A DNA stretch of 64,000 bases from the human T2T-CHM13v2.0 reference genome, Homo sapiens: the NCBI RefSeq assembly GCF_009914755.1, contig NC_060938.1; one strand, written 5' to 3'. Below the pieces are notes generated by a model. The model did not search any database and was not told where the DNA came from. It saw nothing but the letters and a program-made list of their open reading frames with translations. This document shows, piece after piece, positions 42,917 through 54,452 of the stretch; within the stretch, counting starts at the first letter, position 1, and every line of letters starts with the position of its first letter. Made by a program: the position numbers and the translations under genes.

Positions 42917-43699
42917 CTCTTTAGCTGAGAGCACCAAGAGCAGTATTCTTCCTCATCTGATTCTTCCTTGAAGAAGGAGGTATTTCTCACTTGGCGGCAC
43001 TAGGAAACCAAGGTCACAGCCCATTTTCCAGGTGAGGAACTTGAAAGGTGAAAGATACTCATTGAGGGTCAAGATTTGCATTTGTGATGGAACCTGGGCA
43101 AGTCTGGATAGGCCATTTCCCGCCCTGAGCATCTGCTGCACTCAGGATCGGCCGCTTCGGGGTAGACAAAACAAGTTAGACAAGGCCTCTGCCCTCTCTA
43201 ATGTGCACCAAGAGACACAGCAATTAGAAGAGGCTCTAACAGGATTTGTTTTCTGACTTGCCCTTTGCTTAAAAGTCTCTTAGTACAAGTGGGACTTTGG
43301 ATTTCATGACGAATAGTGCAAGTATAAAATCTATTCTTTAAAGCCCAGCTTGGAGCAGGCCCTAGGCAAAATTGTGATCTCTGTGAAGTTGGCTTCTAGC
43401 TCCACGAGGCCCTTGTTTCTGCCTGTCTTGCCTTCTTTCTTCATTCTTCCATCTATTCTCGCAGCTCCACAGCCACCTTTCCCTTTTACAAAATTTCCCT
43501 CTCTAGTAAAGTAGAAAAATGACTGTTAAGACAGTGTTACTTATACTCCTGGAGAATTTTACCTTTTGAGGACAAGCAGCCTTAAACCAAAGCACAGTTG
43601 CATTTGTACAGTAGAAAGAAAAGCCCACTGCAATAAAAATACTTAGCATTTCTTCAGCACCTTCTGAGCACCTGGCAACTGCGGTCTACATTGTTGCTT

Positions 43700-44207
43700 C
43701 TCTATCTAGCAGCTGTTCCATGCCAACCTTCCTTCTCCCTGGTTTTGTGTTTCGGGAAGGTGACTGTATCCCAGTGTTAGGAGGAGCACATTGCCTTGGT
43801 CTAATTCAACCATGCTCCCTGGATTTCTGTGGTGGGGAATTGACTTAGCATGGAGATGTAATGTAACCTTGCCAATGACACATAAGGGGCTTCTAGCCAA
43901 GGTTTTCCTCCTCGGTGTAAGCAGCATCTCGGGACAATCTGCCCTCCTGCTCTCCTGCTGGTTGTTGCTCCATGGGGTTGTGCTGCTTGGAGCATCTTCT
44001 GCTATCTTGTATCCATTCAGAAGCTGCGTTGAAGATGGCACAGCAGAATGATGGTGAGTATCTGAGTCCTTAATGACATTAAAAGACACTGCTCAACAGC
44101 TTTGGAACTTCTCATTCTGGGAGATAATAAGTTCCTTATAGATATTTTTCATGATACTTTTAGTTGGGTCTTCTGTTATTTAGAGCCGAAAGCATCCTAA
44201 TGAATGC
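43700..44207 (+). mobile_element. Old MaLR LTR (MLT1K/L-like)
   Basis: gaagatggcacagcagaatgatgg...ctgagtccttaatgacatt...agttgggtcttctgttattt...gaaagcatcctaa. Confidence 0.65.
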
Positions 44208-44929
44208 CCTGTTGAATGTTTTATGTAGATCGTCTCACTCGATCCTCACAACTTTATGTTGATGAGAAAGCGAGGGCTTGGACAACTCAAATGACTTCCC
44301 AAATCACACAAGCAGCAAGTGGGGCCTCAAACACACATACTTGCCTTCGAAGTGCTTTGCCATCAACCATTATGGCCCCAAATCTGGCTCTTGCCTCTAC
44401 CTACTTCTGTGACCTTAAATAAGTCCCTTAACCTTTTTGGGCCTCAATTTTCTCATCCATGAAGAAAGGAACTATACTGGGTGACCTCAAATGTCCTTTT
44501 CAACTCTAAAACTATAAGAATAAAATTTCAGCTCTAAAATTCCCCATAGAGGACCAAGTCCAGGTACCATTATGCAAGAATGGAGGTCTCGATTTTGTTA
44601 ACTCCTTGGATGCAGATAAGATAATCCAACTCTGCGTAATGTAAGTAGAAACAAATGTATTGTAACAGATCAGGTGGATTACAGTCAGAGTAATGCCTAG
44701 GAATGACCTGGTGAGGAGCTTATACCCCGTGGCGGCCCACTGAATTCTGCAGCTGATGCCAGTGCTACCACCATACTGGGCACTGGAGGCCCTTGCTGGT
44801 GGCCTTAGAATGACTTCTAGACTGTTTTTTAATTCTTTACTTGCTCCAGGGTGAAAGTCTCAGATAGAAGCATTTAGGTCCTATGGACTTAAGCTGTAGG
44901 CCCTGGTTGCCAGGATCTGGGAGATCAAG

Positions 44930-45400
44930 TACCTTAGCGTGGGTTTCCCCTGGAGCAACCCTGAAACAAGGAATTGAGTGTGAGTGGCTTATTTGGGAGG
45001 TAATTCAAGGAAACACTGGTAGGGGAGTGGGGAAGTCAGATAGGGAAGGGAGTGAAACAATAAAGGGTTTGTTATCAAGCAAGTTCCCCTGGGAGCAACT
45101 CCAGCTTAATCCTGCCTGGGATTCTGAAAGACAGGGTAGGCCATGTGCCTCAGGTTTATCCCACTGAGAGGCATGGTGGGGGGTCTAGGCTATTTACCCA
45201 TCAACTCTTGGCAGTCATTGGCTGAGGGTCTGCTGGGTAGGGAGGTAAAGTGTACATCCCTGGCATTCTCTGCTTGTCCTGCAAAGTGGGCTCTGCAGGC
45301 CAGAGCAAGCCCTCAGGCATTGAGTAAGAGGAGTTGGCAATTGGAGTCTGACATTGCACAAGCACCTGGTGTTTACTGCCTCTCACCAGCATTCTTACAA
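44930..45400 (-). mobile_element. ERVL LTR33-like
   Basis: accctgaaacaaggaattgagtg...ttatttgggaggt...ggtaggggagtggggaagt...cagtcattggctgaggg. Confidence 0.8.
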
Positions 45401-45737
45401 ACATGGGAAGAAAGTAAAGATGCCAGGCAGCCCCAAATGATCAATACCCATCACAGGTGTCTTGTGAAATCTTGTCAAGCAGACAGCAACACTGTGGGGG
45501 AGGCTGCAGCCCACACAGACCTGGGGTGCTTGCAGCAACTGACTCGCTTTTAGGAAATGCAGCTGTGCAGGCCCCATGGTGTCTTGTGGCTTCCTATGTA
45601 TCCTCTCATCTCTTATGGGACCATAATCTTCTCAAAGGCAGAAAGCACCTTCAACATTTTAAATTCCCTTACCTCTTACCAACTGCACTCTTTACAATGC
45701 TCGGCACATAGCAGTCACTAATACTTTAAAAATTAAG

Positions 45738-45931
45738 TTCAGTGTTTTCATAAATACCATAATTTTTACTTCATAGAGGTTGATGAAAAACTAGAATTGT
45801 TCATATTTAGAAGGACCCCGTAAGTCAAGCAGAGCACACCGTGTCCACGCCAAATCCCCTTTGATAGCATCCTTGTTGTGACCGGTGGTCACAGGTATTG
45901 TCCAAGGACTTCCAGGGGGCAGTGTGGTGTC
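45738..45931 (+). repeat. Dispersed local duplication, pair 6 donor (194 bp)
   Basis: 16 mismatches, no gaps versus 48264-48457; runs on into an intact MIR start. Confidence 0.97.
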
Positions 45932-46230
45932 ATGGTGAAGAGTGGGGCTCGGTGGGTGGCCTGCCTGCCTTTGAATCCTGGCTGAGCAATTTATGCATAG
46001 TCTCGGGCAAGGTGTGCAATGTTCTTTAGCCTTAGTATTTTTCTCCACAAAATGGGGATAATTGCAGTGTCTGCTTACATAAGGCCGTAAGCGTTAAATA
46101 GAAAAAACAGATATAAACATAAGTCCATATACAAATAATATGCATACATATATATTTATATATCTATACCCGCATCTATATAAATACAGATATTTAGCAC
46201 AGAGCAAATAACAAACATTCCGTCCCCAAG
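45915..46230 (+). mobile_element. MIR SINE (degraded)
   Basis: ggcagtgtggtgtcatggtgaagag...tttgaatcctggct...cgggcaag...aaaatggggataatt. Confidence 0.65.
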
Positions 46231-46434
46231 GTGGCTGTTATTATTCCAGAGACAAGTTATTCCATCCTCCTGAAGGTGGACTTTCTTATTTGGGAATAGC
46301 TGCTATTGTTAGCAAGTGCATCAATATATCAAGCCCAGATCTTTCAATATATCAAGCCCAGATCTTTTGTCCACACAAGGGTTCAATCTTCAAACTGTGT
46401 TTTAAATTTCACTCTCCCAAAGAAATAATTTTTA

Positions 46435-47084
46435 GTTTTATTTCATTTTTAATTGACAAATAATATTGTATACATTTATGAGTATAAAGTAATATTTCCA
46501 TACATGAATACATTGTGGAATGATCAAATCAGAGTAACTAGCATATCCATTACCTCAAATATTTATCATTTCTTTGTGTTGAGAACATTTGAAATCCTCT
46601 CTTCTAGCTATTTTGAAATATACAAGACATTATTATTAACTGTAGTCACCGTGACATGCAGTAGATCACCAGTACTTACTCTGCTTGTCTGAAACTTTGT
46701 ACCCATTGACTGATGTCTCCCCTTTCCCTGTTCAGCCCCCCTCCCACCCCAGCCTCTGGCAACCACCATTCTCCTCTCTACTTCTATGAGTCTGACTTCT
46801 TACGATTCCACATTTAAGTGAGATAATGCAAGATTTGTCTCTCTGTGCCTGGCTTATTTCACTTAACATAATGTCCTCTAGTTTCATCCATATTGTTGTA
46901 AATGACAGAATTCCCTGTTTTTTTTTTTTAAAGCTAAATAGTATTCTACTGTGTCTCTCTACCACACTGAATAATCCATTCATCTGTGGAGAGACTCTTA
47001 GGTTTGTTTCCACACCTTGGCTGTTGTGAATAGTGCTGCAGTGAACATGGGCGTGCAGATGTCCCTTTGGCATATTGATTTGTT
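46435..47084 (-). mobile_element. 5'-truncated L1MA 3' end
   Basis: ORF2 terminal peptide in ORF 46732-47109 (WMKLEDIMLSEISQAQRDK); 20-bp TSD TCCCAAAG(A/G)AATAATTTTTA at 46415-46434 and 47085-47104. Confidence 0.9.
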
Positions 47085-47171
47085 TCCCAAAGGAATAATT
47101 TTTAAACATGTGTTGATCTTGTTTTGCCTTCTGAAACTACAGAGGATAATTCTTTTTCATTTGCATGATTT

Positions 47172-47484
47172 TCTTTTTCTTCTTCTTTTTTTTTTTTTTG
47201 AGACAGTGTCTCGCTGCAATGTGATGCCCAGGCCGGAGTGCAATGGCGTGATCTTGGCTCACTGCAACCTCTGCTTCCCAGGTTCAAGCAATTCTCTTGC
47301 TTCAGCCTCCTAAGTAGCTGGGATTACAGGCACCTGCCACACGCCCTACTAATTTTTGTATTTTTAGTAGAGATGGGGTTTCACCATATTGGCCAGGCTG
47401 ATCTCAAACTCCTGACCTCAAGTGATCCACCTCCCTCGGCCTCCCAAAGCGCTGGGATTACAGGCGTAAGCCTTGCGCCCAGCC
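47172..47484 (-). mobile_element. Alu (AluS-type)
   Basis: Dimeric Alu; TSD CATGATTT at 47164-47171 and 47484-47491. Confidence 0.95.
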
Positions 47485-48239
47485 ATGATTTGGATTCTAA
47501 TAAGAAAAGTGTGTTGTCACTCCTAAGTGTGTTTCCCAAAGTGTCTTCTGAAAATGCTACACTCCAGAGGATAAAAGTCACAATACCCACTTGTACCTTA
47601 AGGGCTCTGAGGAGTCCTGCAATAAATTGTTCCTAAAACTATCTTGAAGAATGTGACATCTTTTAATATCCCTGCAGTTCCTTGGCATGGATTTTGATTT
47701 GTTTGCTCTCTTTTCACCAACGTTCTTGATGTTGGCCACAAATACTACAGACATTGAAAATAAGTGTTTTTCTTTTTCACAAAAACATAATTTAATACTT
47801 TTTTTTTGGAAAGAAGTTAAAAAACTTCTTTTTCCACATCTTCCTCTTGCTCTTTTCAGAAGGGCATTTTCTACTGTCTGCACAATTGGAAAGAAACAAG
47901 AAGGGGACACAAAAAAAGCCTGCTCTCTCTGCACCTTTTTCTGCCCCTCATGTGGAAAACTCAGGTTTCTTAAATACCAGCTGCTCCCACCCCCAGCAGC
48001 TAGAGGTCATGGAGGAATTCCACATAGTACTAAGCTTGCTGCTCTTTCCCCATTACCACTGCCCTTGGAGAGTGGTTTTCCCACATTGTGAGCATAAAAA
48101 ATTAAAACTCAAAAAGGCGGGCATCTTTTCACCAGAACCTTTTCCTCTGCACCCTCTTCTCAGTGCTCCTAAATCATCAGCTCTGGAGAGGAGTATCTGC
48201 TCCTTTCATAAAAGGAGCAACTGGGCTCCTCACCCAAGC

Positions 48240-48510
48240 CAGTAGTTTCATAAATACCATAAATTCAGTGTTTTCGTAAATACCATAATTTTTACTTTAT
48301 ATAGGTTGATGAAAAACTAGAATCGTTCATATTTAGAAGGACCCCATAAGTCAAGCAGGGCACAACTTGTCCATGCCAAACCCCCTTTGATAGCATTCTT
48401 GTCGTAACTGGTGGTCACAGCTATTGTCCAAGGACTTCCAGGGGGGAGTGTGGTGTCTGATGTTTTCACAGCAGAGCATGGCGGCTGGGTTCCAAGAGGG
48501 AATGTTCTAA
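48240..48510 (+). repeat. Composite templated insertion: short stutter + 194-bp copy of 45738-45931 + 53-bp copy of 51841-51897
   Basis: Three abutting blocks: 48246-48262, 48264-48457, 48458-48510. Confidence 0.95.
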
Positions 48511-49404
48511 ACGTACCTTGAGAGAAAGCTCAGTTCCAGGATTTGAATGACAATGGCTGCTCCTCATTGTTTCTGCCCTGATCAAGGCGCTCCTTTTACA
48601 GGCAAACCATGTAATTAGGTTTGAGGGACAGTGCCTTGGGGAAGCACAGAGCCACAGGACCTCAGTGCTGGAAGGAGACCTGGAGATCACCAAGCCTAGA
48701 CTTTCCCTTTTACAAATGAAACAGCTGCAGCCCAGAGAGGTGACGTGCTTTGACCCAAGCTGCAAAGCAGAGATGGCTTCTTCCTCTTGCTCCAAAGATA
48801 TGATTCTTTACTTTCCTTTCTGCTGTTCTGTGGGTGGGGGTTATGGGGAGGAGGGGAGGGCATATGGTTTCACAAGTCTGATTTTTACCTTTCCCCCACT
48901 TGCAGCCAAGAAATGTATTGCTGTGCTTAAGATCTCTTTCATTCATTCGATAAACATTTATTAAGTGCTTACTGGGTGTCAGGCATTGTGCCAGGGCATT
49001 CTTTCACTGCGTTTGTTAAACAAACATGATTTATTTCTCTCTGAAGCTGGTACAATGAGGCCTCAGGCTAGTTGCTATATGCACAAAAGCATACCAGTTT
49101 GTATATTCTGCTTCCTGGCACCAGACACTTTGGCCCCAGTCACCAAAGAACCCCACTGGTGTTTCCAGCTCCTTGGTATCTCTTGAACCCAGACAGTCCA
49201 TGTCTGAGGCCTCTGAATTAAAGCTTTACAGAGATGACCCACAGAATCTTTGTGTACCTGTCTCCTTGCAGAGGATAAGAGGTGGCCTCTTCCTTGAACA
49301 CCCTGGTGGTAGTGTGGCCCAAGGGTGGCACACTTGTGCCAGCCCCCCCCTCCACAGTGCACGAGGCTTGGCTAAGCTAATTGGGGCTGTCTCTCAAATT
49401 CTTA

Positions 49405-49722
<318 letters not shown>

Positions 49723-50296
49723 TCACTAAGCACCTTCTATATGCCATTCTCAGGTCTAGGTACTTGTAGGTATCATTGAACAGAACAGGCCAAAATCTCT
49801 GCCCTTGTGGAATGCACCTAAGAACTGGCTGGCACCTCCCTGTGGATTCACTGGTAACTAAATCCAGAGAATAAATGACACATAAGACAGGCCCCAGAGG
49901 CTACTTACCAGGATGGAGTAAGGAAGTGATAATGAGGGCTTCCAGAGGAATAAACTTTTTCCACCGCCCAGGCTTTCTGGGCCCTGACTTTGCTGTGCTC
50001 TCAAGCAGCTATTGCCCATGTCTTTCCTTATAATTGAGAGCTCTGATCTCTGGACACTCCTGCAGCTATGGGCAGTGGAGGCTGTGCGAGGACCCTTACC
50101 TCCATCATTCAACCTGCAGAGAAGAGGGCTCTGTGGTGACTGGGGACAAGGTATCCAACTTATTTCTGCCATTGACCTGGTGGACAGAGTCTAGAAGGAT
50201 GTTCCACTAACACTGTGGAACTCAGAAGTATTAAAACTCAGTATTTCCCTGCCCCATCAAGTCAGAAGACTGAAGAAGCAGCTGTTCCATTACAGC

Positions 50297-51002
50297 CAAG
50301 GTTTTCAAAGTGTGGTCCTTGGACCAGCAGCCTCAGCATCAACTGGTGTGTGTTACGTATTCTTGCTTAACAAGTTACTCTAAAACTTAGTGACTTAAAC
50401 AACAAACATTTCTTCTCTCACAGTTTCTGTGGCTCAGGAATCTGGGCATGGCTTAGCTGGGAGCCTCAGGCTCAAGATGTCTCATGAGGTTGCTGTCAAG
50501 CTATCGGCAGGGGTGGAGATCTCATCTGAAGGCTTGACTCAGTTTGGGGAGGAGATCCACTTCCAAGTTCATGCATGTGGTTGTTGTTGGGCCTCAGTTT
50601 CTCATGGCATGAGCCTCTACATATGTCTGTCTTATAGCATGGCTTCCCACAGGGCAAGCGTTCAGAGAGGGTGAGAAAGCACATGAGATGGAAGCTACAG
50701 TCTTTGGAGAACATATGCTTAGAACTGACATTCCATTACTTCTGCCATATTCTATGCGTTAGAAGTAAGTAAGTTCAGTCTGCATCAGGGAAGGCTGATG
50801 TAGGAGTGCGGATGATTGCGTGCCTTATGCAAGAGGCTTATTTTAGAGCTGCCTACCATACCTGGAAACTTATTAGACATACAAATTGTTGGACCCCATT
50901 CCAGACCTACTGAATCAGAAACTCTGAGAGTGGGGCCCGGGAATGTGTGTTCTACACTCCTTCTGGGTGATTCTGATGCATGCTTAAGTTTGATAGCCAT
51001 TG
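50297..51002. mobile_element. MER5A split by MLT1F (pieces 50297-50346 and 50861-51002)
   Basis: tcaaagtgtggtccttggaccagcagc | ...ccagacctactgaatcagaaactctg...ggtgattctgatgca. Confidence 0.85.
50347..50860 (-). mobile_element. MaLR LTR MLT1F-like
   Basis: aaaacttagtgacttaaacaacaaacattt...caggaatctgggcatggcttagctggg...tcatctgaaggcttgact; TSD ACTGG/CCTGG. Confidence 0.85.
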
Positions 51003-51010
51003 GCTTAGAG

Positions 51011-51207
51011 TAGGGGATTGGTGAACTTCATTTTAGGCACCAGGGGCCCCTACTATCTCTGCCTCAGCTACTCAGCTCTGCCACATAGAGGAAAAGTAGT
51101 TATGGACCATATGTAAATATTGGATATGGCTATGTTCTAATACGACTTTACAAAAAGAGGCAGTGGATGGGATTTGGGCCCCCAGGCTATAGTTTGTCCA
51201 CCCATGC
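51011..51207. mobile_element. MER58A (degraded)
   Basis: cagctactcagctctgcca...tttacaaaaagaggcagtgg...ggctatagtttgtccaccc. Confidence 0.7.
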
Positions 51208-51614
51208 TTGAGAGTAGCAGGGACTTTTTATGTGATCAGCATTAGATGGTGTTACCTCCGTATTTTTTTTTCTTTTTAAATCAGGCAAAGCTGTTTTCTC
51301 TGTTTCCTTCCAGAATAGTCTGAGATAATTCTGACTCCCCAGCTCCTGAGAGATTACCAAGACTCAGAAAAAAGGATTGTGCATATGCTTGAGTTTTCTG
51401 ACGTGTTTTTTTGTGGCTGCCAGTAAATCGCAAGCTCTTTGAGATAGTGTATGATGGAGGCTACGAATATGGGCTTTGGAGATAGACAGATGTGAGTTTG
51501 AAATCTGGTTCTACCGGCACTGTGAACATGGTGACTTAGCCTCTTTGTGCCTCAGTCTCGTCATCTGTAAAATAGAGCTGATGCTAGCCTGCACCCCACA
51601 CAGTTATAAGCAGT

Positions 51615-51995
51615 TGTTCTAATTACCTACTGTCAGGTGACCAATCACCAAATTTAGTGGCTTAAAGCAACAACAGTTGGGCAGGTCTTCCGCTCCAGTG
51701 GTGTCATCGGTGGCTGCAGTCATCTGTAGGCTGGGTGGCGGTACATCCAAGGCAGTGTCCTTTGTCACTCACATGGCTGCCAGTTGGTGCTGGCTGTCAG
51801 GAGCACCTTGCTGTCTTCCACATGGCCTCTCTCTGTGGCTTGATGTTTTCACAGCAGAGCATGTGCACCTCTTGGGTTCCAAGAGGGAATGTTCTAAGCA
51901 CAGACAAGTCTTGGGAGCTGCACAGGATCACTTCTGCAGCCACTGTCAGGACTAGTTCAGATCCCAGGAAAAAAAAAAATTGCTGCCATCTTTAA
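51615..51995 (-). mobile_element. MaLR LTR MLT1H-like; donor of the 53-bp block (51841-51897)
   Basis: aaatttagtggcttaaagcaacaac...cactcacatggctgccagttggtgctggctgtcag...tccacatggcctctc. Confidence 0.7.
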
Positions 51996-52992
51996 GCCAC
52001 TCCAGGAGTAAATGAAAGTAACCACAAGAAGTGCTTGTCTCATGCCTGGGCTACAACAGAAAATAAATGCTAAGTACTTACATTAGGAAGCAGAAACTCT
52101 CTTGCCTGGTTCTTTGTGTCCTGTCCATGAGGGCTTATTGCTATTCAGTCAACAAGTGTTTCTTCAGGGCCTGCTGGATATCTCTGGAAGGTCACCAGTA
52201 GGATTCCTCTCCTCTCTACACTCTTTAATGATGTAGTCAGTTTCCTACACGGGTTATCATGACACTTTGGTTTCCTGAGAGCCCTGTAGGCCTAGCACTC
52301 TCCATTCAGAAGCTACCTGCCCTTCAACAAGCCCAGGGAGAAAAGAGGTGGGTTGGACTAGAGGGACGCTCTGAGATGATTTGATTGGAACAAGGGTCTT
52401 GTCCCCTCTCAGCTGCTGAGATAAGGATTCTCAGCCACAGAAAAGGACAGTCTGTGGGTAGACAGAGGGTCAAAGAGGACTGTCAAAGAGAGGAAATGCC
52501 CTCTTATGCTAATTCTCCATAATGGAGACTCCTTTGAAATCCGCCCCTTTGTTAGAAGCCCTTGGGGAGGGGAAGTGCTGACTACTTAATTCCCACTAGG
52601 ACACATCTTTTGGACAATAAGCAGCCCCCAAATTTCACAGCATAAGAAAATGAAGCTTGTATTTGGAAAGTTTATTCTAACTGGGTGTGAAGGCCTATCT
52701 CAAGCTAGAATAAAGTAATAGTTGCCAAAAAAAAAAAAAAAAAAAAAAGCAGGTAACATGAGTTAAGGGGCTGGGTGTCCCATAGTAGGGACTGGTGAGG
52801 ACTAGGGAAAATGGAGAGTGAGGCCCCATTACAGGGGTAGTTGCTGTCTATCTCCACTTGTGCTCTATGGGCAGTTGTGGCTGGATCTTCACATTTTTAA
52901 AGAAAAGTCTGAAATCTAGACTTTTAATTGGAATTTTCCACTTACAAAATGTTGGCAAATAATATAAAAATTTTAAACTACTATGTTGACCC

Positions 52993-52995
<3 letters not shown>

Positions 52996-53036
<41 letters not shown>
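52996..53036. repeat. (AC)20 microsatellite
   Basis: Read directly. Confidence 0.98.
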
Positions 53037-53037
<1 letters not shown>

Positions 53038-53099
53038 CAGTGGTCAAAGTACTCCTGGCAGGTGTCCTGCAAGTTGACCTGCAAGAGATACAGGCAGGA

Positions 53100-53467
<368 letters not shown>

Positions 53468-54404
53468 TCACAGAAGAAAAAGAACAAGGGCAAGGAGACA
53501 TTGGGTATTTATGGAATATTTTGGGGGTAAAATAGTTCTGAAAAAACAATACAACCTTTTATCTTTACTTATTTAGTCACCAGAATGATGTCACTGTGCA
53601 TGAGTGCTGATCTCTAGAATATCAGCAAATGATTAAGTTTTGATAAGGTTCACATAAAAGAGCAAAGAAATGTCCATGTCTACCCCACTGACTGTTTGAG
53701 GGCTTGTGGTGTCTTCCTATTTTAGAGGAGGAAATAGAGATTCACTGAGGTTCTTTTAGGAACTGACTAGAAATCCCAAGGAAATCCTATTCTTGAACTG
53801 AAATACTAAGAATATCTACGCTTGTATCCAGGTAAAACTACATGTGTTGAAGAGAACTAATTATGACTAATATTAACTTGTGAAGATGGGAAAGCAGGAG
53901 AGATTTAGGTTAAATATAGGAAGTATTTAGAGATTAGAAGGGCTAAACAATGGAAGAAAGCGGAAGGCTTTTTTTTTTCCTTTTAACATGGAGTTTCTAA
54001 AAGAAAGAATGAAAAGCTTTCTTCCTGATGTACTGTGCAAGCAATTCTGCTCAGAAGGGGGTGGGTGAAGGAGGCACCCTATGGATACTTTTCCATCCTG
54101 TGAGTTTTTTCTTGGGCCCAGCAAACAAAGGCCCCCCAATTTACTAACTTACCAAAATGATTTACCAGCTGTCTCTTCCCCCAGGAGTTAAACAGGCAAT
54201 AAAATAAATGAAATTCCTATTCTTTAGTACTTGATCCCCATAAATCATCACCCACCCAGGGTGAGCATTTATCTCTAAGGCGTCACAAAATATTTTAAAT
54301 GCTATCTCCTTTATTTTGAATGAATTAGCAAAGAATCCAATGATGATAAATCTAAGTGTAATATAATTCTGCAAGCAGTAACTGATGAATTTCAGAAAAT
54401 GGAG

Positions 54405-54408
<4 letters not shown>

Positions 54409-54449
<41 letters not shown>
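54409..54449. repeat. (TG)20 microsatellite
   Basis: Read directly. Confidence 0.98.

Positions 54450-54452
<3 letters not shown>

Noticed and set aside
45910-45925. CTCF-like core CCAGGGGGCAG (and CCCTAGATGGCAG near 8202)
   Set aside because: Mismatches at informative 5' positions; cannot be supported without PWM scoring or ChIP data.
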